Shown here piece after piece: positions 37,316 through 50,128 of a stretch of 64,000 nt of DNA. The notes beneath the pieces are model-generated. The model was not told the DNA's origin. It saw only the letters and a list, made by a program, of their open reading frames with translations, and did not search any database. Source of the stretch: Amoebidium appalachense (taxonomy: Eukaryota; Protista; Ichthyosporea); assembly GCA_963693365.1 (NCBI GenBank), contig CAVNZM010000004.1:2936389-3000388 (forward strand). Reading direction: 5' to 3'. Made by a program: the position numbers and the translations under genes. Each line of letters opens with the position of its first letter. Within the stretch, counting starts at the first letter, position 1.

Positions 37316-37840
37316 ACCCTTTTCCCCATACCGCCACACCATCCAACCTCGTGTCTTTTTCGTAAAATCACTCAGAAAGGGCCTTAAGCCCTTACCAAGT
37401 AGCAGCAAAGCCCCCTTCCCCCCTTCCCCCCCCCCCCCCCAAAAAAAAATAAAAAAATAAAAAAAAAACAAAATAAAAAATAAAATAACCCCAGCCCCCT
37501 GTATTGATGCGAAAGCAAGGAGTAGGGAAGCAAAGCATCCAGGGACACACACCCAATGCACCCTACTCTTCCCCAATAGACACCCACTGCACCGTCTGTG
37601 CCCCCCTTTCACCACACCCCCAACCACCCACCTGTCATTCTGTGGTGCCCGGTCGTAGCCGGTCCTCCGGCCACGGTTATCATCCCTATGGCATTGCATC
37701 AGAACGTGGCAACACCAACATAAAGGTGTGCGTGTGTGTGTGTCTGTGTCTCTCTGTGTGTGTGTTCTGCCCGCAAATTCTATTTATATTTTATTCTTTT
37801 TCTACTTCTCCGGTCTATTTTATGTCTTTTCTGTTTCCCC

Positions 37841-37879
<39 letters not shown>

Positions 37880-38030
37880 AACAGGAGAAACGGAACCTAG
37901 TGTGTTTGGAGGGGGCGGGGGGTGGGGAAGAATTTGTTTTGGGTGCAAATTAGGTGGGTTCACGGGGTGCAATAAAAACATGCAAAACACGGCAATACTA
38001 AGTGCACAGCATACCATTATCAGGGCGGGG

Positions 38031-38070
<40 letters not shown>

Positions 38071-38127
38071 CTACTGAGGGTGCATGCCTCCCCCCTCCCC
38101 TCCTTCCTTTCCCCTTCCCACCCCCTC

Positions 38128-38166
<39 letters not shown>

Positions 38167-39634
38167 CAAAAAAAAATCCCTCCCCCTACACGCCTTCATC
38201 CCCAGGGATACACTTCATGCAATGCACGTTGTTATTACTTTCGATTACACACCATTCACGAGCAGATACACCAACCCTTCAACGCAACATAACACACACA
38301 AACACATCCGCTCACGTTCACACACAGGTTCACAGATATGTAAACGTACACCCCCCTCCCCCCCCCCCCCCCCCCCAAAACCCCCTCCCCCCCCCCCCCC
38401 AAAAAAAAAAAAAAAAAAAAGACACACACACACACTCTCACACACCACACCACCACGTCCACCGCCACCACTACACGTGTCGCACAGACACAGAAAGAAA
38501 TCATGGGTCACCCACTCGTCATTCACCGACCGCCGCCTGTCCATAGGTTTAGCTGGTGTCGGCCTGTCATAGTCCTTTGTGCCTGCCACTGTGTGCCGTG
38601 CCCCCATCTCTTTGCTGCCTCGCCTCTGTGCATCTGTTCCCACCCCATCACTCAGCCCTTTCTATCGTCATGTTCTTCCTTCCCTCCCGTGCCCCTCTTC
38701 TACCCCCCCCCCCTCCCCCCCTTCCCCCCCCTCCCCTCAACCCCTTCCCCACCCTTCTTCCCCTTCCTCCCCCCTCCCCTCCCACCTCCCTCCCGACCTT
38801 CCAGGCAACTTCCCGATTCCTAGGCACGAGTTCTGCTTGAATCTAATGGTATGTGTGCACGTGCTTGCCTGCCTGTGTGCCTTTGTATGCCCTCTACCGT
38901 GTCCTTTATAAATAGTCTTTGAACCTCCTGCTGTGTATCGTATCCCCTCACCCCCCCTCTCCTCCCCCCCCCCCATCCCCCCCCTACACACACACACACT
39001 CGTCCTCTCCCTCGCCCCCCATACTACCCCTCCTTCCGCCCCCCATTAGCCCTCGGCTCTCTCCCCCTCCCCCTCCCCCCCCCCCCCCCCCCCCCCCCCC
39101 ACCCTCCCACCCACCCACCCACCCACCATAGCTTGCACTGCGCTCCACAGCCTCTGCCTGTCTCAGCTTCTCCTCTCTGTTTTCCTTCTCAGTGCTCAGC
39201 AGCTCGGTCAGCTCCGTGGCCTTCTTACGCACTGCAGACACACGTCAGCAACCCTCCCTCTCCCTCTCCCTCTCCCTCTCCCTCTCAAAGTCTCTCCCCT
39301 CCCCCCCCCCTTCCCCACCCCGCCCTCCGGCCCCCCAGCCCTTTCCTCTCTCCTTCCTTCCCTTCCTTAATCTCCCCCTCCCCCGTTCTCCTCCACCCCC
39401 TTGATTCCTCTCATCCCGACCAGCACCGGCATTGATGCGCACATGTAGATCTGTGGGATGCCCACTTATTCCTGTCCAGATAGAATACGGTGACCATGTG
39501 GTGGTGACCTATTGCAGATCTCACATCATGCGACCTGAGGTCCCACCAGCCGCGATTGCTGACATTATTCTTCCTCCTTCCTCCCCTTCACGCTCCTCTC
39601 CCTCTCCTTCCCCCCTTACACAAACACTCACCCT

Positions 39635-39680
<46 letters not shown>

Positions 39681-40486
39681 AAAAAACACCCACACCCACA
39701 CCCACAAACCCATGGCCTTGGCACTCACTTTACCTGCCTCCATGTTGCACCAAAACACAGCACACACATCACCATGCACACAGCCCCCACCCAGCATTGA
39801 TTACTTACCCTTGTGGCCCACATCCTTGCCCCACTGGTCCCGTGCCTTGTAGTTCTGCAGTGTCCTCAGCAGCCACACATTGCGCCGGAGCTCCTGGATC
39901 ACACGGTCTGATCCATTCTGCACACAGTACTCCAGCACAACCATGGCCTGAAATAAGTGGGTTAGGACATACTCATTAAATGTGTATGTGTGTGTGCGCG
40001 CGCGTGTGTGTGCATCTAAGTCTACTGTGCGAGTGCACTCTTGGTGGTAGGAACATTGTGCGGCAATTTGTGCCTTCACACTTTCAATGACGTAGTGGTA
40101 TCAAGTACAATCCTCTAACTTCCTCTGGGATAAATCACATTCTTTCACCGTACATTTCTCAATACCCTTACCCCTGCCACATCGTATCCCCTGCAATTTC
40201 CTTCCCCGCATGTAACCATTCCGCACTATCCTAGCCATTCTATCCCCCTTTGCCTGATTTTACTTATGCAAAGCACGAGCTCTTTTCTTTACCTGCCATC
40301 ATCTTCCCCCCTGCATTCTTCTTTCCTTTATCATCTCCCTCCCTCCCCCCCCCCCAAAAAAAAAAAAAAAAAAAAAATCTGACCCCTGCCATGATTATTG
40401 CCCCCAAGCAATTACTTGTCATTCACTTCCTTCTGCCATGCCCCTCAAAACCCGCCAATCCCTCCCCTTCCCCTCCCTCCCCCCCC

Positions 40487-40519
<33 letters not shown>

Positions 40520-41919
40520 ATCCCCCCCCCCCCCACCTCCCCCTCCCCCCGGCACCTTCCTTCATTCCAACAAATCCACTATTTGGCACAAACCATTGCG
40601 TCCCGATTGTTTGCAGTGCTCAGACCGTTAGGGACAGTGATCATATCTCCCCCCTCCCCCTCCCCCCCCCCCCCCCCCCCCCCCTCTCCCCCGGCACACA
40701 CACACAACACACACACTTTCTCCGGACTGACCTTGTACTTGGCCTGGTGCTGGTCTTCGTTGAGGCGGTCGAAGAGTGTCGCCAAAACCTCCTTACAATC
40801 GTCACTGTGTGTGTGGGCGTGTTTCGTGTGTGCGCGCGTGTGTGTGTAGGTGTGTGTGTGTGTTGATGTGTCACATGCGCATGTGTAAGTGTGTGAGTGT
40901 GTGTAGTTACGCTTAGGTGTGCGGAGGTGTCCTTAGGTGTACACTTGTGTGTGTGCGTGGTTGTGTGTGTGTTAAGGAGCAATTAGCGCCGGTCCCGTAG
41001 TGTACCATATGCCCGTACAATGATCTAAATAAACAAACTAATCTATGAATATCTGCGTGAAGGATAAGTCAAAATCGAATACTGCAAAAAGCAAGTGTGA
41101 CCAAGAGTGTGGACACCCGAAGTGTGTCATAACAGTGGTGTGCTTGGGTATAGCCACGTGAGTGTGCTGGCAGTTGTGTGTAGATGTGCCCGTGTGTGTA
41201 TGGGTGTGCGTTTGGATGCGAGTACGTGTTCGTGTGTAAGAGTGCATCCTGGTTGCCTGTGCCTGTGCATGTATGCACAGAGGAGCCATGATAGCACTCC
41301 AACGGGCATGTGGATGTGAAAAACGCTACATGTCACTGGTTTTGCATTAATGCATCAGGTTCATAACGCTCAAGCATGTAGGTAAAGTTTCTTTGAACAT
41401 TTAAGTTTTGTATGCCCAACACCACTTGACTACCCGAAGCATTCAAGCATGCTCCATGGAATGGCCGCAATTGCAAGCACAATTCTCCATGCAAACCTCA
41501 GTATGCTGTGTGTTGGAAAAAGAAGAGCCCAAAAGCTTGATTTGAAGATCACTTTTGACGTCTTTCACTATTGACCTTCCCCTCCACAGCCCCCCCCCCC
41601 CCCCCACCTCCCCCTTCCCCACTCTTTTCTCCTCCCCTGCCCAGTCATCACCAGAACCACCACCTCTGGAACCACAGCCACCACCACCCACGTGCACCAT
41701 TCTTGAATGGTTAGATGAGACTATAGAGACGGGGGACGTGTAAAACGGGACCACCTACAAGTTGAAGGTCTTTTTTGCTATGTCGTACAACTGGGCCTTT
41801 GTGGGTTCTGTGTTTGAATAGTCGGTAGCCAACCGCACAGCTCTCTGATTTTCCGTGTAAGCATACAGGTTGTTCTTTGCTGATTCCATAAAGCTGGACA
41901 GAAACCCCCCTGACGCCAT
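35269..41919 (-). CDS. ENTH-domain clathrin adaptor (epsin family, epsinR/CLINT1-like motifs)
   Basis: Exons 41919-41759, 40804-40732, 39947-39809, 39231-39127, 38633-38516, 37685-37632, 37036-36900, 36472-36276, 35914-35828, 35412-35269 splice in frame. ENTH motifs YTENQRAVRLAT..EPT..LYDIA, YKAMVVLEYCVQNGS, GKDVGHKVRKKATELTELL. Tail has DDDGFGDF (gamma-ear-type motif), DLLDIF and LVNLDAL (clathrin-box-like). Confidence 0.88.
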
Positions 41920-42915
41920 GGTGTCGGCACAATAAAACCTGCTACTGGCCAGGTTTTTATGTTTGCAGTTGTTCACGTGAGAGGTAAACAAAAACAAAAC
42001 AAAACAAAACAACTTTTCATGTGTGAACTTTCGGAATAATCGCGGCCGGTGTGTTTTATCACCCCGTGAATTATGTCAACAATCACAACGACCCAATCGG
42101 GTGCATCTAGTAGGAGCCTAATAAGGAATTATTTGGATTTGGCGCGATGACTGAGCCACATAGGACCGGGTCAATTCGGGTCATGCCGGTCATATTGCAC
42201 AACTCAATACATCAAGACATTCAAACACGACACTCCAGGCTCTTTCTTTAACTTCTTGGTGCTACTGTGCTACCATTTAAAAATTCGATCTTAATACTAT
42301 TATAAAACTTTAAAAGTAAATGACATGTGTATGAGTTGAAACACCTACATACAAAAAATTATTACAACATCAGTCATCGTTCTTCCAATGGATGTGTTCG
42401 ATTTGGTATTGACTCGAATTGGCTTTCTCAGCCACGGATACCCAGGCCGGAAGTGTGTCACCTTCTGAGCTTCCGCACACACCCCACAGCGACGCGCACG
42501 CCACCAGTCGCAATCCATGGCCAAGTGTGTTGCCGTCTGTAGAAGTGAAGCTGCTTTGACACAAGTGTAGTTTTAGGTGTCATTGCACAGGAAGTTAGTG
42601 ACAACACGCGAGGGAATTAGTGTCGTTTTATGAGCATACATACAGATAATCATTTGGACAGTTCACAGTGTGGAATAGAAGTGTACGCAAACACGTTTCC
42701 AGGGTAAAAAAGCCGCACAGAACACATCAGTCGGGACCTCGTTTGCCATCTCTTGCCTATTCTTTCTGGAGGCATATAATTGCGCCTGCAGACACCATTA
42801 GTTAGTGGCTGGAAGAGGGGTAGTTACCCCAGTGAGTGTGCTTTATTGCCCCCGACGGCAGGGTACTGTGACGGGCTAGCAGGTTCCATTTGGGGGATCG
42901 TTTCGGGCCGCTACT

Positions 42916-43336
42916 ATGAGGTCACGGCCAAACTCGGTGTTGCGCAAGGCGCGCTTTTACGCTCTGACAAAGGTGGGTGTTTTCAACTAGATCAAAATAA
43001 CGCGTGACCTTTTGGTCATCACTGGCACATAACATCTACTCTGTAGAACATCACGTACAGGCATACGCACAGCACCCCTCTTACTTGCTTCCCACCTTTC
43101 AGTTCACGAATAGTATGGTGCTTGAAAGTTGCACGTGCACAACTCCCCGCTCTTGCGGTCTATTGTGCACTCCTCCGGTTTAATCTTTGTTTATCTAGGT
43201 CAGTTCCATGGCATTTTCATTTCATCCCTCCCCCCTTCCCCCCCCTTCTCCCCCTTTCCCTCCCCCCTGGTGCCCCCGGCCCCCCCTCTCCGTGCTCCTC
43301 TGTATATTCCCGACCTCTTTTGACCTTCACCTTTTG

Positions 43337-43402
<66 letters not shown>

Positions 43403-44107
43403 CCCCCCCCCCCCCCCCCCCTCCCCCCCCCCCCCCCCCCCCCCCTCTCTCTCTAGATCTCCCTCGCTCGCCCTTACCTCCCTCGTCCTATTACCCATTC
43501 CCCTCCCTCACCAACTTTGGTCCAACACACATACACTGTTACATGTCAAAGAGAAGTCACTTTACCGGGGTGAAACAAACGTGCACAGGGTACCCATGCA
43601 GTGTTCTACACTTTTGTGGTCGGTAGTGTGTATCCAATCTTCTGCACGGTTACTTGCATACATCCCGCCCATACATGTGCATACACAGAGCCTTATCAAA
43701 GCAACACACCTTCCCAACTGTGTTCTTATTCCCCTGCCGTCCCACACACACTTGGCATACACCACACACGTACAGATTCTCCCACACACAACACACAAGC
43801 GCCACGTGTTCAACACTATGCACCTTGCAAGAGATAAGCACACTATGATCCCCCCCCCCCACACACACCCTGTCTCCCCCGGATTTACTCTCGACGTGTT
43901 TGTCCAGATTTTTTTTGCTGTTTCTGCGGCTCGTGGTTGTTTCTGCGTTTTTCATATGCTGCTGCTTTGACAACCATGCACCTCCTGAACCTTAATCTCT
44001 TTTTGTGTAGGCATGGGAACCCCTGCTGGTGATAGGTATTGTTAAGTGCCTCTTGCTTCCACTTTCCTTTGGTGCCTGTGTTTTCTGTGCCCGACATCTC
44101 CCCCTCT

Positions 44108-44142
<35 letters not shown>

Positions 44143-44505
44143 ATTTTTGCTCCTTCCTTTCCCCGCGCTCTTATTTTCAGCCCCGCAGCACTCAAGCTAC
44201 ATGCTCAACACAAACTCCTTGACATAATTCATGCAAACATGAACAGGCACATAAATTTCGAACCGGAAAAAGAAGTGGGGATTGCGGTTAGTGAGTTGGG
44301 GAGGGGCCAATGAGGGGGAGGAAAGGAGGGAGGGTAGGTGGGAGGGTGTGTGTGTGTGGGGGGGGGGGGGGGGGGGGGGGGGGAGGGGATTAGGGGAGGG
44401 AAGGGACATTGTTGTGGAGGCATACAGCAGGTGGGCACACGCACACACATGCGCGCGCACACACGGACACACAAACACACACACCTACATACAAGCGCGC
44501 GCACG

Positions 44506-44552
<47 letters not shown>

Positions 44553-45211
44553 CTTTTGGCTTCATATTGTGGATGCACATGCACCGAATGGGTGGTTTTT
44601 AAGCACATGTGTCTGTGCGCTGTCTGCTGGAATGATAGTCGAGGGGCATAGTGGCAGAATGTTGGGGCAGAATGGCAGGGTGCTGGGTTATGGCTGATGG
44701 TTTGAAATAGGAAGCCTGAGATGTGAGCACTCAAGTGGCATACTCTTTCACCACCACTCATGCACTGTGTGTTGGTTCTGTTCTGTCATATGTGGGCCTT
44801 GGGGAAGTATCTTGACTGTGCTTGTGGATGTGAATTTGCGTGCCGTGCTTGCTTGCATGGTTACTGGCGTACCTTTAGACCTCACGTGCATGGATGTGTA
44901 TGTGTGTGTGTGTGTGTGTGTGCGTGTGCCTGTGTGTGCCTGTGTGTGTGCGCGCGCGGGTATGTACATGTGATTCCCGGCATGTGTGAGCATGCCCGGC
45001 ACCTTTATGCCTGTATAGTTTGGGGTTTGCCGTGGTATGGGCATGGCTATGTACGTGTCTGGGGATGACAAAGCAAGCACAAACATTCTCGTTTTCTTTG
45101 TCCATAGTATGGAGGAAGTGATGTTGGCAGAGCACGCTAACAAATCTAGAGGTGTGCATGCATGTATGCGCTCGTGTGCTCACTTGTGTACGTGTTATGT
45201 GTGTGGGGTAG

Positions 45212-45243
<32 letters not shown>

Positions 45244-46175
45244 GGGGGGGGGAGGGGGCATGCAAAGCAGGTGGTAAGCATAGGGACTGATGCATGGGCC
45301 ACAGGGGTTCAGGGGTCGGGCCAAGAACGTCTACTCAGTGGCCCGGAATCGGCTCGAAAAGGCCCTGCAGTATGCATACATCTCCAGACGGCTGAAGAAG
45401 AGAGACTTCCGCTCGGTGGGTGTCAGATGCTTTGTCATGGGTCATGCAATGTTTCTGTGTTTGCGCAATGTGACGGGGTATGGGGAATTGGGCAAGGATT
45501 GTATTTATATCTCTAGTAATTACTGGTGGTTTGCCGGTTGGGTTTGCATACGGCCGCTGTATTGTGGGTACTGTGTATGTGAGCCAGCAGAATTTGCACC
45601 CACCGATAGTAATTGTGTGTTTCTGATGATGGGCGGGTTGCAGCTCTGGATCACACGCATCTCGGGGGCATGCCGAGAGCACGGACTGAGCTATGCCAAG
45701 TTCATGCACGGCCTGGTGCAGGTGTGTGTGTTGTGTGTGTGTGTGCATGTGCGCGCGTGCGTGTGTGTGTGTGTGGTGTGTGCGTGCGTGCATGCCGTGA
45801 GCACGGACTGAGCTATGCCGTGGATATTCATAGTGTGTGCATGCAGTTGGTGTTTTTGGTGCTGAGATTTGAGAAGTGCACATGCGATGGAGGCAGGTGG
45901 GCATGCACATGCAAGGAACCAGCATAGAGTGGGGACCCCTATAGCATGCACTCATGATGCTTTGATTGCTTGGAGTTGGAGGTGTTGTTGGGGGGAGTAG
46001 AGGCCTTACAGCACTGGGGACGGTGTGGTGCTGTTTGTGGTGGTGTGTGCACCATTGCTGTTTTTCTGTGTGTTACTTGCTGTTTCTCTCTGTGATTCTG
46101 TGTTTGCTTTTTCTTGTTTGTTGGTTTGGTTATCCCCACGACTGGCTTGGTGGTGGTAATGGTGGTGATGGTGGT

Positions 46176-46233
<58 letters not shown>

Positions 46234-46723
46234 ACATTAAGGTGTGACAAGAGATGATCTAATGTGTGGGATGTTGTGCACTTTTGGCCCATGTGCTGAC
46301 ACTGATTGCAGAACAACATCCAATTGAACCGGAAGATCTTGTCACAGCTTGCTATTCACGAGCCTGCAACGTTCAAGGTATGCTTACAGTATGCTTTCTT
46401 TCCTTCTCCCGAGTCGACCTTGACTAATTAGGTTCTCTTATTTTCTCTGTTCTAATGCCGAATGGGCAACCCAACCGCAAGCAGATACCTGCGCACATAC
46501 GCATACATGTGTGCGCACGCACATGAATCTGCGAAATGAAATGCTTCTGCAATGCTTCTTATATTTTGAAGCCCACATACACAATCCATAGATTCGCACA
46601 GATATCTTACACCATTGCTGTAAGAAGTTTTCACAGGTGCACACACGTACAACCTCCTTTGGATTCTCGAAAGTGAATGGTCTATATTGAGTCCTAGAAA
46701 GAGGAACCACTTACCTTTTTTCC

Positions 46724-46775
<52 letters not shown>

Positions 46776-46847
46776 CATACACCACACACACATTCTCACA
46801 GACTAGAAAACTATTTACGATTAGTCGCCTTCCCCCAGCTAGTGATA

Positions 46848-46888
<41 letters not shown>

Positions 46889-47292
46889 CTCATACACCAT
46901 GCACACATTCCTACAGACACAAAAAACTAGAGTTAACGCATATCTTTCCTTCCCCCAGCTAGTGGAATGCATTATTGGTGAAGAGAATTACATACCAATA
47001 AACCCGTGTATTCCCTCGCGTATTTGTACTCTGTAAGCACGCTGCTGACACACACACCTGCATGCATGTACACATATCTCGACAAGCACTCGCCCTGTAC
47101 GTATTGCTGTCTCCTCACGTCTGAGACTCTATTGATTGTAATGGGCTGTTTCTGACCACTACTTTCTGCCCACAGGCATTGACACAGCTGGTGCAGGCGA
47201 GCAAACAGCAAACAAGCCGGGGCCTGGCTGGGGTACTGGATGCCCCGGCTAGCACTCCATTTGTGGTCGGCAGGGCACAGGTCACGGCATAG
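42916..47292 (+). CDS. MRPL20: Mitochondrial ribosomal protein L20 (bL20m)
   Basis: Exons 42916-42972 (start could lie further upstream), 45305-45415, 45644-45721, 46312-46377, 47176-47292. Protein [81 protein letters not shown] carries the bL20 signature. Confidence 0.93.
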
Positions 47293-48473
47293 CTGGTCTA
47301 TGTTTGTGCGGGTGTGTTGTACAAAGAGGGAATACAGGGACGGCTCTTGTGAGCTGTTGTGCGCGGACGCATAGATGTGCTGCAATAACACAGGATATTG
47401 TTCATTGCTATGACCCAGCTCCATTTAAACGAGGCTGTCTGTCCCCCCCCCCCCCCCCCACCCACCCACCACCACCACCACCACCACCCATACACACACA
47501 CACACACACAGTCTCACAATACACACACAGGCGGGAACCCATTCCACCACCACCCCGCCTACACCAAATGCTTGCTTACAACCAAAACAATCAAATCGCA
47601 CAGAAGCCATACCACACGTCACACCCAACCTCGTGCCCCTTCTGATTCCCCATTACAACATGTGTGCCTGTCCACATGTGTTCCTGTACATATCCTGAAT
47701 GGTTACCCAAGCGTTTCAGAAAACCTTGCCTATTAATATATTAGTAAAAGTCGCAAACCAGGTATTGCCCCCACGGACATAGACATATCATGATCACTCA
47801 CGCTACGTTACATCTACGCCACAGTTGTCCCATGGCCCATTTACCCGCGGGCGCATTTGAGAAAAGCTGAGCGTGTACAGTCTGGTCAAGAAAATGCAAG
47901 AAGTTATGGTGAACCAACTACACCGGGATCATGACATATCAGCCATCAGTGTGGTACGTACCGACTCTTTTGTGGTGCGCATGCAGCAGCATGTACCCCT
48001 GCAGCCGGGACAAGTTTCTAGATCTAGATCTCGTGCAGTCACTTGGCAAATATGGATAGGCCCCATCATAATAATGATTGCGCAACAAGTCTTTTCGTGA
48101 ATTGCCTTCCAAGTACAGAAAGTGCCTGCCATAACATGTGTTGTCGACCCTGCCTAGTGATCAATATTGTGGTGGATATGCATTTGCATATGCGTGAGGC
48201 ATTGCATGTGTGTGTGCGCACTATGTGTGGTGATCACGGTGTGTGCATGTGTGTAGTACTACATGTATGTGCGTTGGCGTGCGCATGTTGCGTGTGCACG
48301 TGCACATGTGTGTGAACGGTTGATGGTCATCCAGGGGCTCCGACTGACGTACGCATCGATCCCATCGAGACATGATCATTATGATTTTGCCTGTAGGGGG
48401 GGTGATATCGTCAGCTAAACGGATTGTTGAATTCGAAACAGAGAGGAGATCTAATGTTACTTCCGCCTCCCCG

Positions 48474-48512
<39 letters not shown>

Positions 48513-48816
48513 CCACCATTCCGGATCCCTCCCACCCCTCCGGCTGGCAGGGGGAGGGGGAGGGGAGACTGGGTACCACTCACCGTAGTAAGTCAGTCCC
48601 CCCCTCCCCCCCTCAAAAAAAAAAAAAAAAAAGGCCCACTCACCCCACATAGGCTGCCATCATGTGACTATTAGTAATAGTATACCAGATAGACTAAATC
48701 ACTGTAATAGTACCCATTATTTAGCGGCGGTTTACATACCTTGCCAAAACGTTGAGGCTAACTAATAGGAGTCTTTAATCACCTGAAACTCAGGCCATAT
48801 TCCGTATAGGGGCATA

Positions 48817-48910
48817 CTCCGGGCCCCCCTCCCCCTGCCCCGGGCCCTAGCCCCCCCCCCCTCCATGCCCCTCCGGGCCCCCCTTCCCCTGCCCCGGGCC
48901 CTAGCCCCCC
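48817..48910. repeat. Two-copy GC-rich ~54-bp tandem repeat
   Basis: ctccgggccccc(c/t)tcccctgccccgggccctagcccccc at ~48817 and ~48871. Confidence 0.75.
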
Positions 48911-50128
48911 CTCCCCCCTTGTCTCCCCCCCCCCCCTCCCTCCCTTACACTCGTCTCCAGCCCCCACCGCGCGCGCATAACACGAACACACTTTCACACG
49001 AACACAGAAATAGTTCGCCGTTGCGTGTACATGTGTGTGTGTGTGTGTCTCTATTGCGTGCGTGTGTGTGTGTGTGTTGGATGTGTGTGTGTGTGTGTGT
49101 GTGTGTAAGTGTGTGTGCACGTGTACAGTGCACGTGCATTTATATTTAAGAATGTAAACGAGCAGGGTGACTCAGAGGGAGTGGGGTTGGGGGGGAGAGG
49201 TGAGTTCGGCGGGAGGGGCGGGCCAGGGGGGGGGGGGGGGGGGGGGGAGTCCGTTAGAAAATGTTATAGAGCATAAAGTACAAATCTGCCGTGGACGACA
49301 GCAAGGCTTAGCAGACTTTGCAAAGAAATGCAACACAGAGAGAATGCATCCGGCAGAAGAAGGGCACCAGCACGACGGGGTGGGAAGTGTGTACGTGTGT
49401 GCGTGCGCGCTGTGTGTCTGTTTGTTTGTGTACACACGTGTGTGTTTATGTGTAAATTTGCACACACTTTATTTTATTTTATTTTATTTTATTTTATTTA
49501 TTTTATTTTAATTTTTTTTGGGGGGGGGGGGGGGGGGGAGGGGGGGAGGAGAGGGGGTGGAGTAACTACATGCATTAGACTTCAAGTTGGTGTAACCTGC
49601 ATGTGTCTGGGCATATTTCAGGCCCAGTGGGCTATAATAGTGCCTCCAGGGGTGGGGTGGAGTGGGGGGGGGGGGGGGGGGGGGGGGGGAGGGGGGGGAG
49701 GGGAGGGGGAGGGGGAGGAAAGGGGAAGAGGTCAGGAGCTTTTGCAACTTCACGGACATGTCAATAATGAATAAACTCCAGGTTTATTGTTTATCTTTGT
49801 CACTTCTGTTATAACCTAAAGAGTCATATTGCTTTCGAAAGCTGTTGTTCGTTAGTTGTGACCTAGAAATTTGCTTTTTGCTGCTTATGCTACGGAAAGC
49901 TAGTAATAGTGCTGTAGTACTTCAAACATACAATGTATCACTGCTAACACCGCTCGGAATAACTTCGTGTATTGAACAAATAACTAGAATTATTCATTTG
50001 ATTAACAGAGACAGTTTGATTCATAACTGGCTGTAGCATACTTTTCATTTCTAACAAATTAAAGCTACTCAATCTAGGTCTTATCAGTTATTCATGATAC
50101 TATATACTTCAACTAGCATTCATTCGCA

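Noticed and set aside
47850-48470. Non-repetitive stretch with short ORFs between MRPL20 and the TSP1 gene
   Set aside because: No recognisable domain, splice chain or RNA gene motif.
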